This document shows positions 1 to 11,154 of a stretch of DNA of 64,000 nucleotides, piece by piece. The notes beneath the pieces were generated by a model. That model ran no database searches. It saw nothing but the letters and a program-made list of their open reading frames with translations, and had not been told where the DNA came from. Source of the stretch: Vicugna vicugna (lineage: Eukaryota); NCBI GenBank assembly GCA_013265495.1, contig MU058065.1:1013527-1077526 (forward strand). The letters run 5' to 3'. The position numbers and the translations under genes are program-made. The first letter of the stretch is position 1, and every line of letters starts with the position of its first letter.

Positions 1-1559
1 GTGGGTGTAGGGGGAAATAAATCCACCCCTCAGAATCTGAATTGATGAACAGCATACATTGTGGTTGCTGTCAGAAGTATAAAAATTATGTGAATTTTGC
101 ATTATTTTAAAAGATAAAATTCATATTGAACTCTTCATGGGGAAAGGGGCTTTATAATCGCTTCTGTTAGAGACTTCAAGGTCTTCACTTGCTCCACTCC
201 TAGTTTATGTTCTGTCCTAGTTACATACTCGCATCATTAGAGCTTATCTTTCTATAGTGCTCCCCATGACACACTCTTTCCTCCTTCCATTAACAAAGCT
301 GATTTTTAAAAAAGTCAATTTGGGTGGAATGAGGTTAAGAGAGGTTTCCCTTTCGGTGGGAACTGCATTCATTGTGTTACTTCTATCAGTGGCACAAGCC
401 TTTCAACTGTCTTTTCTAACATTTGTGTCTCATCCTCCACCAGAAGGTAAAACTAGTTCATTAACGAGCTGAGGTGGGCACATGTGATGATTATGTGCAA
501 AGCCACCTGTCAGGAGCCCAAATGCTCCTGCGAATTATTATTACAACAGTATTTATTAAAATGAGATGCTTATGTGAATGGAAAATATTGCCTACCATAT
601 CAATAAGCAAAGGATGCTGCATCCATCAAGTCATCAGCCACTACCACGGCTGACAGTGAGCCGAGGGAACTCAGGATGGGGACACGCAGGCAGCGCTGCC
701 TCTGCTGCCACCCCCAACGCAGCCTTCTCCCCCACCCCCTAGGGAACTCAGGATGGGAAAGAACAGGATACTGGCCCTAGAGAGCCAGGTGCATATCAAA
801 GGAATGATTTCAATGAGCCCAGACTTTAGCATCTTCCCATACCTAGAAAAGCCCTAAATTCCTTAACTGGAGATACCTGGTTTTCTTTAATTAACAGCAA
901 GCTTTTGCTGTTCTGTCTACCCAGTCTTTGCTGCAAAATCTCCTGCATATTTTCCTGGCTCCTTCCTTGCCTCTTTGGAGCAGTCTCCCAGAGGGTCTGG
1001 GAGAGCATTCCCGGACTTAAGTCCTCAGAAATGTCTGCCAAATAAAACATTACTCTCCACCTTTAGGCTCTGCATTTCTCTTGAGTTGACACTTATCTGT
1101 TTCCACCTTTAGCATTAATTAATATATTCATTCAATATACACCAAGACAATTCGAGATTTCCAAGGTGAAAATATGCAGCCAAAACCTCAAAGAGTCTAC
1201 AGTCTAATGAAAGCCAGTGTAGTCTGCATCCTTAGAAGTCAAAGAGCTGCTCCTTAGAAAAATGAAAAAGGGACTCTGTGGTCAAATACATTTGAGAAAC
1301 TTGACTTATGAGAGCCTCCTCTTTGTTATTGCCAATGCACATGTACAAATGCAAAACTCTGCTATTAAAGGAATTTACCTAACCTGGCTTTCTCTAGACT
1401 GCTTTTCTGGGTAGCAGTACAGAGGATAACATTCTTAAAGACAACATCGTCCTTGGATACAACAATAAGGCTATTTACGGTTGTGCACAGTAAGTACAAA
1501 ATCCAGAGGCGATGCGGAGACAGAAGAGATGCCTGGCAGCATTGAGACAGCCTCGTAGC

Positions 1560-1870
1560 TGGGAAAACACACTTGCTCCCAGACTTGAAGGATGAGTAAT
1601 AGTTTTCCAAGAGCCCAGGACTTAGAAGGGCTATTCCAAGAAGCGGTTAGTGTCAGGCAAATCTTAGAGGCATCCCTGGGGCATTTAAAAGTGAAAAAGA
1701 ACCATGGAGAATATGTGGGTGGGCATGACGTAAGGTGTGGGATATTGAAGCTGAGCAGGAAGATGGGGCTGACCATACAGGGCTTGAAATCCATGCGAAG
1801 CAGCTTATTTCCATCCTGTGGGCAGTAGGCAGACTTTATAGAATTTTGCATGAAGGAGTCAACACATGGC
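1560..1870 (-). mobile_element. L2 fragment
   Basis: Purine-rich decayed L2 (gctgaccatacagggcttgaaatccatg...gggcagtaggcag). Confidence 0.45.
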
Positions 1871-3282
1871 GACTCTCTTGTTGGTGTGGAAGATGCATTT
1901 GGGGACAGGGGACCGCGGAGGTGGGAGGTGAGGGAAAGAGTGAGAGATAGTGAGCTTCTCGTAAAACTGCATGGTCATCTTGCAAGACAGTCCGGATCTA
2001 AGAAAAGCCACACCATAAAGCTGCTGGAGGGACCCCAGACCCACCTCCCTCTCCCCTCCTGCCCTGTGGCTTGTCGTGTTCCCCCGGGCGCCACGCTTTC
2101 TCAGAGGCAACACAGGGCCTCACACTTCTTCGCTCAAACAAAATGTTAAATAAAAAAGAGCCTAAGCTGAATAAATAAGTGACTGAAAATAAGCATTTAC
2201 ATTTAAACATTCTAGCTTAAAATGCTGCTGTCATGTGAATTAGCTCATTTCATATGGATGTAGAAATCAAAATACATGGAAGTTGCATGGAGCCCAGGAA
2301 AGCCCAGGATGTAAGTGCCTCCAACATAAGCTTATCAAGGGTTCCTGTTTCATTAGTGAGGTTTATGTCAGACAGGCGACAGCCCGGACTGTGTTTTTTC
2401 CCAGGCTGGCTTGTGAATGGTAAGTGATCAAGCTCTGCTGACTTCTCCTGCAAAGCCTCTCCCTCTCTCATGTTGGGTAAGATGACTCCTGATACCATTT
2501 GGTCCTTCAAGTAACTTCCTCATTTTTCGGAAGGGAAGTCATTATATGCTGCCTTCCAAATACCATCCCCATCAAAATAACTGACAACCAGGGCTTCTTA
2601 CCAGCTCTAATGCAGCCTTTACTTTAGAAAACAAAGGCTGTGACGTCATGGTATGGCTGTTTCTCCACCCTCCCCCAAGAAGTGTCTGCTCATGGGGTGG
2701 CTGGGGAAGCCCAGAAGCCAGCTCAGTCTCTCTCTGTATACATTATTTGTCTTTTGTGTGTTGATGGTTTTAAATTTACACAAGTACTCCAGATGCTGGT
2801 ATTTACGTCTGTATGTGTCTTCTTTTCAGGATGTGGAAAGAGTTAGACGTGCTCCAGTGCTGACATTCTCACGCTTGCACGCACACACGCCTGCAGCGCT
2901 GAGCTCTCAACACCAGCCCCTGGTCCACAAGAGAAGGAAGCAGCCACATGACATGAAGCTTCCTTCCAGGAGTTACAGTCCCACCCCCATCTCACCCTTG
3001 GATCCTGCCTCAGGCGGTGCCTCGTTCAATTGAAATCTGAGTTGAATTTGACCCTCTGCTACGTAGCTTTTAATTTAGAAGAGTTATAAGGCAAGACCTG
3101 GAAAACCAAAGAATGATTAAATGAACGAATGAAAGAAGTTAGGGAAGGTGAGTTTTATGAAGACAGCAGACTCAGAGAGACTGTGATTTATGGTAGAATA
3201 TAAGGCAGAGGTTTAGTAGATAGAACATTCTTATGTCCATATAGGCACTTCCTAGCTATACTACCTTCAACAGGTAGCAAAA

Positions 3283-3410
3283 GTGGCCTCAGTTTTCTCA
3301 TGAGTGAAATGGGGGTAATATTACCTACTCCATCAGTATGTTGTAAGAATAAAATTATGTAACCCCACATTCTGAACACTGTTCCAAGCACATAATAACC
3401 CTCAAGAAAA
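3283..3410 (+). mobile_element. MIR SINE
   Basis: ggcctcagttttctcatgagtgaaatgggggtaatattacctac core. Confidence 0.7.
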
Positions 3411-4174
3411 ACCATTTTAGAAACCTGCTTTATTTGGGAAAATTGCTTTCAACCCGGAGGGTAAAGTTCACTCGGAGCAGAGAATAAAGAACAAATATTC
3501 GCCCAGCAGGTGAGCTGGGTGGGGAAATGAAAGCTCTCTGAGAAACTTCATGAGAAAGGCGCTCACAGTGTGGATGTGCTCGTTCTTCTGAGTCAAGAGT
3601 AGCCTAACTCTGAACCAATATTAATATAATGTAAGCGTTTCTTCCTAATCCACATGTAACTTAAGTTAGAGGTAAATTTACTCACTGGCTAGGGAGATTG
3701 CTCTTTTCAGAAAAGAATCTTAAGGGATGTGTTTTAAACATATTAATGTCAATCAAAAGCTAACAAGAAGGAACTCTTCCATTCAGCCAGCCTTCTCTGC
3801 GCCTTTACTTTTCAGCCTGCATTTTCTCAGAGACTCTGGTTGGATTTAGGGAATCACAATGTGCCAAAAAGCCATAAATCCTAATAAAAATAGCTGCATC
3901 TATTCATAAATAATCTATAACCCTCAGAACTCGCTGGCTCTGATTCTTTATCCCCCTCCCCAAAGTATCAAAAGGTGCATTTAAGTTAGGCAGCCTAAAA
4001 TTATGAAACTAAAGTAATGAAAAAGATCCAAAAAAATTCATCGAAAAAAGTTCGTCCCAGGTTTCCATAAGCATTATGCTTATTGTCCTAAACAGCATGT
4101 CATCTCTCTCATAAAGCAGTTTTATTTAATTCGATTCTGAAACCAAAGTACAGGTTGCAAAGCGCGCAGTTCAG

Positions 4175-4187
4175 ACGCTAGGTGGCG
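4175..4187 (+). promoter_or_regulatory. Candidate CTCF core motif
   Basis: ACGCTAGGTGGCG in a small CpG-retaining patch; motif only. Confidence 0.4.
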
Positions 4188-4896
4188 GTATGGATCCACT
4201 CAATGTTCTGTTCTGTCCCTGGCGCTTGGTTGACCAGACCATCTAGAGCTTGCCGTGCATTTCAGTTAAAGCCTGTGATGGGGAAGCTTTCCAAGATGTG
4301 ATGTCTGCTAATAACTGGCAGCAGAACACGATCATAGATAGCATTTAGTTCTCAAATGGAGTTATCAACCCGTGAAGCTTCAGTACTCCCTCAGTTGCTG
4401 TGTACAACTCAGACAAGACCTGGTTATAAATTCATAATTTGTCCTCTTGTCTCGGAGCCAAAGCTTCACTTTCAATTCTACTGACATTCTGAATAAATTC
4501 AGCAGCTAAATGGTTTCAACCGCCGCCTCAAACCTCTATTCTCTAAAAATAAAATTAAAGAAAAAAAAAAAGACATGGAATTGGAAACTTTAAAGATCTG
4601 CTTGAAAACACAGGGAATAAATTAATGTGACAGTAAATGGATTTAAAATCTTCAGCTTTGCTTCCCCAGACACATCCATGTTATTGTTCGCTTAGTAAAC
4701 TACACCACTCTTGGCATTTGAAGAGGAATAAATGAGGATTCCAAAAATTACGATAAATAAAAAAATAAAAGTTATTTCATTGATTCTGATTTTGCCTAAG
4801 AAATGCTAAGCAGTGGCAACTGATCTCCACACACTGGGACTAGATTTGGCACGCGATCCCGTGGCCAGATGGAATGCTGTTAAAATTCAGTCCTCC

Positions 4897-5078
4897 CTGG
4901 GGGGAGGGTGCAGTTCAGCGTTAGAGAGTGTGCCGAGCATGCAAGTGGTCCTGGGTTCAATCCCCCGTACCTCCATTAAAAAAATTAATAATAATAAATA
5001 AAGAAGCCTAATTACCTTCCCCCTAAAACAAAGTCAGGTATATCGCAATAAAACTGGGAAAAAACACGAAAATTTTTA
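4897..5078 (+). mobile_element. Camelid tRNA-Ala-derived SINE (Vic-1 type), long form, with about 50 bp 3' extension
   Basis: GGGGAGGGTGCAGTTCAG...GGTTCAATCCCC (B box)...CCTCCA, A-rich tail, cctaattaccttcccc. Flanked by 15-bp TSD aaaattcagtcctcc (4882-4896) / aaaattgaggcctcc (5079-5093), 13/15 identical. Confidence 0.88.
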
Positions 5079-5646
5079 AAAATTGAGGCCTCCGTTTTGA
5101 CACCACAATTCAATATCACAATGCAATATCCTTAATGCTTCCTTCACTTAAAGTGGAAAAAAATAAAAATAAAAAACAAAAACAAGTTAAATTGATATAA
5201 TGGGCATATAAAAATTAAACTGATATAATGGGATACAGTGTCCCGATGGGCATGTTTGTGGGTAAATACAGGTGCATGTAAGGAAACAGAGCATTTCAAA
5301 CTGTGGTCTGGGGAGGCTTGAAGTAAATGCTGACATTGGAAATAAACATATTTTGTGCCTCGCGTATCTTGGCAGATAACAGCCTCCGACACCGCCCTAA
5401 TGTTTTCCAAAAGGTCCTTCACACTGGAACCCAGTAGGAGAGAAAAGTAGCGTGAGGGACAGGTGACACTTCTGAAATGATACCCTTAGTGGACTTCTGG
5501 TCACTTGGCTCCCAAACCACACGTGGGACTTATACAGCAAGAAGAAATGTCAGATACAGACTCCGTATTACATGGAAAATAACTGAATATCTGATTTCCT
5601 CTTTGGAGGAGAGGGAACAATGAATAAAATTATATCATGTCCCAAG

Positions 5647-5810
5647 AAGGGGTGGGGGGACCAATCAGTCTCGGATGCTGGCAGGCAGGAGAGGCTCTGC
5701 CAAGAGATTTAAAGTCAGTAATAAAAATGACAAAAAATCTGTCCGTGTTTACCACTGTGCACTTGCCCTTCTATAAAAGGTCAGCGCTTTCAGGTGGACC
5801 GAACCACGCC
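5647..5810 (+). promoter_or_regulatory. Candidate Pol II promoter (GC/CACCC box, CCAAT, TATA) antisense to NYAP2
   Basis: ggggtggggg 5649-5658, GACCAATCA 5659-5667, TATAAAAG 5772-5779, CpG-retaining sequence 5785-5845; motif arrangement only. Confidence 0.35.
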
Positions 5811-5989
5811 CTCCGTCCCCTTTCCGAATGCCACGGACTACGGTGGCTTTCCTCCTAAGGACTTTTCAGCAAGCAGGAAAGTTGGCTTTTGGAAGAAGGA
5901 AAAGCCATAAGGGAAAGAAGAAAGAATCGTTCCTTTTCTAACAGGGAATGTCTGTCCAGATGTCTGTCCAGGACTTTATGTACATATGT

Positions 5990-6140
5990 TACCTTATTAA
6001 CCCTCAACAACAACCATACAAGGCAGATAATGCTGCTCCCATTTTACAGATGAGAAAACAGACTCTGAAAAGTTGAGCAATGTAGTCAAGGTCACAGAGA
6101 TTCTAACGAGTGGAGCCAAGACTCTAATGGAAGTCTTACA
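5990..6140 (-). mobile_element. MIR SINE
   Basis: cccattttacagatgagaaaacagactctga...caaggtcacaga core. Confidence 0.72.
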
Positions 6141-8059
6141 TCCTCCTCTAAACCTCATGTTTTTAACCAGCTGAGTAGATAGACTCATAGACTGACATTT
6201 ATTAGGTATAAAACTTGGACACGGTACGTAACCTGAGTTCAGTATCCTTAGTGGTAAAGGGAGAGTGGTGGGGTAGGACTGTAGACAGCACACCTACAAT
6301 GATGTGGGGAAGCTCTCAGCACCCTCCTGGCACACAGTAAGCCCATCAGAGATGGCAGTGAATGGCACATGGTTTTCATTATGCAACTGTAACCTAAGAA
6401 CCTTAGAGACCTGCTATCCCTTCCCTGTGTTAAAGAAAGCTGGCCTGTAGACTTAACGCACCTTCACATTTCTGCCTATAGCCCCGAGGATTAAGTTGGC
6501 AGCATGATGCTGAGGAGAAGGGTGCACACGGGTACTGGGGACTGGGCGGAGTCAGAGGCTGGTACCCTCCAAGTCCATTTCCCCCATCCCCACCCTTACT
6601 TGTCACCTGGTTCAAGACTCCTCTGAGAACATCCCCTTGTTTTATTACATTTATTCCTATTCCAAAGGAATAAATGCAAGATTATCTGGTGGGCAGACTG
6701 AAACGAAGGCAAAAGGATGGATCTGTTTGGTTTCCTTTTACACAATATTGCACAATTACTGGTTGTGAGACTCCTGGCCTTTAAAAAGTGGCCCCAAATA
6801 TTCTGCTACTTGAAATATACCAAGTTAACAAGCACACGATGCCTATGTAATATGTCAAGATTTCTCAATCCAGACTGTGGCCGGTTGTAGAAAGCAATCT
6901 GAGTTCCCACCATCTGAATTCTTTGTATGAAGATGGAAATTAAATCATGCCAACATTTCATTACACCTATTACTGGATCTGGCTGTCATTTAAAGGTAAT
7001 GACAAAATCTTGTTTCTCCTTTAGCTATGACACTAGTGACAGCAAGCCCCACAACGTACTGCAGCCTGCCATTTTTATAAATCCATCAGACAGGACTGAA
7101 GAGAGCACACACGTAAGGTAACACTCCCACTTGTTTACTTTTTGGCACTTGCGTTATTTTAATACAACTCTGCCATAATACATGGCAATAAATCAGTATA
7201 ACCACTGACGTTCCTGTTGGTAACATGAATTTATTCCACTTTTCACAGGGCTAAATCCCATCTCTTTGGTAAGTAGCATTATTATAATAAATAACCGTAA
7301 TTCTTTGTAGCATAATCTTTGTTAACATCATACTTTATTTTACAAGCTGAAGTTAGTACAGATAAACCCTTCTCCCTACATCACATTGTAAACTTACTGA
7401 GTTTTCCAAGTATCCCTACTGGGCTTATATACATGGTTGAAAACGTATGTCAGGTTAACTTGTACACAGAATGCAACAAACAATGGGCATCATTTAAAAA
7501 TCTATTGCATAGCTGGGAGGAAGCTCTGTTGTAGGGGTAGGAGGAAGCCATGTGGAAAGAACAGAAAAAGTTCAGCTTCTGCTGACTGGCTGTATGCTGT
7601 TTCGGCCTTTTTTTTTTTTCACTATACCCATAAGATGATGTAACCTGGCAAAGGTACAAACGTGTTGTACAACATTCTGTCAGTTCAAGTTTGATAGGAT
7701 CTGGAATATCACAGGGTCTCAAACAGACAAACAAACAAAACAAGTTTGTTCAACATCTAACAAGGGATAGTAGAAAGGGGACCCCTTCATCATGTTAAGT
7801 TAGGGCGGAACACGTTCCCCAGCCACATATTCTACTCCTCCCTCCTAACGCTGTTTTCTCCCATCTAACACAGAACCTTAACTACTGGATGGGAAGCACT
7901 TGACGATGTACGTACAGTTGATCAGATGACGCCTCATAACGCTTATGTTCCAGGACCCAGAGCTCAAAGCAAGTAGAGTCTTGGGAAAACAAGTCCTATC
8001 TATGCTGATGGAAGTACAGGAATTCTAAAGAGAATGGAAGCTTCTCTACTCTTAGAGCT

Positions 8060-8528
8060 TGTAAAGCAAGGAATGTCACTCGCCATCTGGTTCTACAAGG
8101 ATTAAGTCATTAGCCCTGCAGTTGCTGACTTGCAATACAGCCTGAAGGGAATTCAAGGCAAAGATCAGATCAGGATGAGGTGCTCTGCACCCTGGGGAAA
8201 CAGGCCAAGCAGGCCCTTACATAGTTAGAAATATTTCAAGAGACATTTTCTATGAACCTGGATTCTTGCATCTTCTTGAATCTCAGAAGAGCTGAGACAG
8301 CTGTTTCTCATGACCAGCAGTGATGTTCAACTGAGACGTATGCTTGATCGCACATACCCCTTTGCCAAAATCACGTGGAGACTGACCTCTCCCTCTAGCT
8401 CTTTAGAGCAGCTCCTCAGAGCTCTCTGGGAAGCTATAGCTCCCGGGCTATAATCCTCAGTGAGCCCCCCAGTAAAACAGAAACCTACTTAGCTCTCACA
8501 TTGTGTGTTATTTTAATTTCAATCGACA
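8060..8528 (+). mobile_element. ERV1-type solo LTR
   Basis: TG (tgtaaagc) ... CA (tcgaca) ends, about 470 bp, LTR-like R/U5 (ctataatcctcagtgagccccccagtaaaac). 4-bp flanks agct/ggtt are only partly matched. Confidence 0.7.
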
Positions 8529-9803
8529 GGTTTGCTTTCATTTTTCTATCTGATCCAATGCTCAGAAGGCAAAATTAAATAAGAGATACCCTTTAAGGTC
8601 ATGTGATGGAGAAATGTGGGCAGGTAATGAGTGGATGCAATTAGAATTCCTTTCTAGGTCCTGGTTTGAGCATTTTCATTAGTATACTCACTCTCCCTTT
8701 GTCTTTAGTCTTCCCGGTGCTCTCCAAGCTTCTGCGAGTTTTGTGTGCAAATGCCCTGGCTCTCTCCAATTTAAACAAAAGCCCAGAACTTGCGCACAGG
8801 CTGAGAAAGAACAGTGGTCTTCTCAAACTTCAAGGCAAAGCGTTACTGAGGCTGTGGGACAAACCAAGACATCCCACTACTCTAGAGGTATTAAAAACCA
8901 AGGGAAGAGACTAAATTTGATTGTATGAGGGAAACAATTTTCTCAAGGATATACAGAAAGAGAAATGTAAGGAGAGGGGTATTTAGAAAGTCAGCATCAC
9001 ACTCGAAGCCGGGCGCAGCCCTTGTCACAGAGTCCAGTTACATCCTAAATCTTCGTCTTTCATACATACGTACTGATCCCTAAATCCCTATTTTTGGATG
9101 ATTTACCTTCCCTTTTTTACAGTGTCTAGAAAACAATTTTGACATCCAAGCATGTCCAGAAACACACCCTAGACACATGTCAAGCTACAGACACCCTAAC
9201 ACGTTCTTCCATCATCTAGGAAAGCTGGCCAGATGCGGGTGTGCAGACATAGGGGAGCCCAGGGGAGAAGAGGAGGCATTCTGCTCTGTCGGCCGCCCAG
9301 GCAGGCTCTCATTAGGCCCCAGTAGCCTCATCACGCTGAAGGAGGATGATAAGAGCTTGGAAGGAGTCCAGAGGACCACCTTCAGAAGATGGCAACATTT
9401 GAGAAATAATCCTGAAGGGGCAAGTTGAAAGGATCCAGTCTCGTCTGCCTGGATAACAGCTTGTAAGCACACAGCAGGGACCAGTCTGGCGAGGCCTGGG
9501 CTGGGTGGTGAGAAGGCAGCTCTCAGGGCTCACAGGGACCAGGGAACGAGAGGTAATGGCTTTGAGGGTGATATTTGCATTTCTAAGGAGATCAGGGGCT
9601 GTCAGATTTCGCAACCTATGTTCAAAGGAAATTACTGCTGGCCCTTTGTTACCCCCCTTCCTAGAATCAAGGATAATTAGCGATAGTCTAGTTTAGAACA
9701 ATAAACCTCAGAGAGAAAGTGAGCTCTCAGTTCAACACTTAGGTCACTGTTAGTTCTGTGGTTCCCTGATTTGACACGGAGAGCTGTCACTTTAAAAATG
9801 TCA

Positions 9804-9962
9804 AGTGTGTGTTTCTGAGTGAGTTTGTGTGTGTGTGTGATCGTGAGTTAAGTATGTATGTGTACATGTGATTATGTGAGTCTGTGTGTCTGAGGTTGTG
9901 AGTGTGCATAAGTGTATTGTCAGTGTGTATGTGTGTGTGTGTGCGCGTGCTTGTATGTGTGT
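9804..9962. repeat. Degenerate (TG)n low-complexity tract
   Basis: gtgtgt-rich run with scattered substitutions. Confidence 0.85.
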
Positions 9963-11154
9963 GAAGTGGACGATGGGGCTCTCATCTCCTTCCTTTCCAG
10001 AAAAAGAAGTACAAACACTTCTTGGGAACATTTTTTCAATGAAAGCTGGCACTTCTGTCTGGAGATACACCCTAGCTGCTCCTTCCTTGAAGGAAAGCCT
10101 GCCTTCCACATGGACATGCTCATCAGTTTCTACCCCAGCACCTGCCACAACAGGACTAGAGATGGCGCCGTCTGCAATGGAACGGGGATCCCTGAGGCCA
10201 TGGGCCGCAGATGGAGGAACCACACGGATATCACTGGCTGTCTATAAAATCACTCACACATCTTTCTTCCTAGCTCGTGGCCTTCTACTTCACCAGAGAA
10301 GGAAAAAAAGAGACAGCGACTTGCTCCAAGTTCAAAATACAACTTTACACAGTTTTGCTTTCGTAACTAAGAAAATAGCTTTCTCATGGCAGCCGCAGAA
10401 ACTCAGTCTAACCTCCAAAGATCCGCATTATGACAAATGCCAAAATACGTGGTTGCATTGCTATAAAATTTCAAAGAACTGTCACTTTCCCCTAATTGCC
10501 CTGTGCCTGCTCTATTTATTCGGGAATGAATTAAGAAAGAAAAGATCTATTTTTCATCTCTCTGAGTTTCAGGGAGTATTACGTGTTGTGTGAGACACTC
10601 TAAACGCTTTAGACCTCATGCTTCTTTCCTGGGCTTCTCACTTCCTCTTACCTGGTTTAAAGTTCCAGGCAGATGAGATTCTACATGTGCCTGCCGCATT
10701 ACCTGCAGCCAAAATAGACGGCAAAGCCAAGCAAGCAATACCTCCACTTTGATTTTCACACGGATGTCCTCGGTGGGCAGTTGGTTCTCTAGAAGGGGTC
10801 AGACATTGTTGGCCTAGTCTCCCAGGGTGAGGGCCAGTCCCTTTGGGCTACCTCTGCCCACCTCTGCTGCAGTGACACCAGACGCTTTCACCTCCCTCCC
10901 CTGCAAGCCTTCTTGGAAAACTCCAACTATTGGACGAAGCGCTGAGTGAAAAAGCTAGTGCTGAAGGAACTGGAAAGAGACATGATACGAACAAGCTGTA
11001 AAAAAGCACGCGGTTCCTTCTCCGCGAGCAGGAGGTCAGACTCCTCAACAGATAAGCGCTACTGGAATTATCTCAGGGTTCAGGGATTGCTGTTGTTTGT
11101 TTTAAACAGATCGCATGATCTTCCAGTGATTTCCTGGTACCAAGTCTACTCATC

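Noticed and set aside
4415-4578. A-rich tail with AATAAA and 9-bp flank similarity (aagacctgg / aagacatgg) as a retrocopy
   Set aside because: Short imperfect match in A-rich context and unrecognisable body; insufficient evidence.
9886-10593. Longest ORF in the track (235 aa, plus strand) and overlapping 140/111-aa ORFs
   Set aside because: They start or end in the degenerate TG repeat (VCVC/HTHT runs), resemble no protein I know, and lack convincing exon boundaries; low-complexity DNA suppresses stop codons.
1-11100. Last exon of the long NYAP2 isoform (WFHGDH...WDTAI type)
   Set aside because: I looked for it on the minus strand and did not find it; it must lie left of the window if it exists in this species.
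10850-11100. CpG-retaining stretch with short ORFs on both strands
   Set aside because: No recognisable protein, RNA gene or splice-bounded exon; too short for a CpG island.
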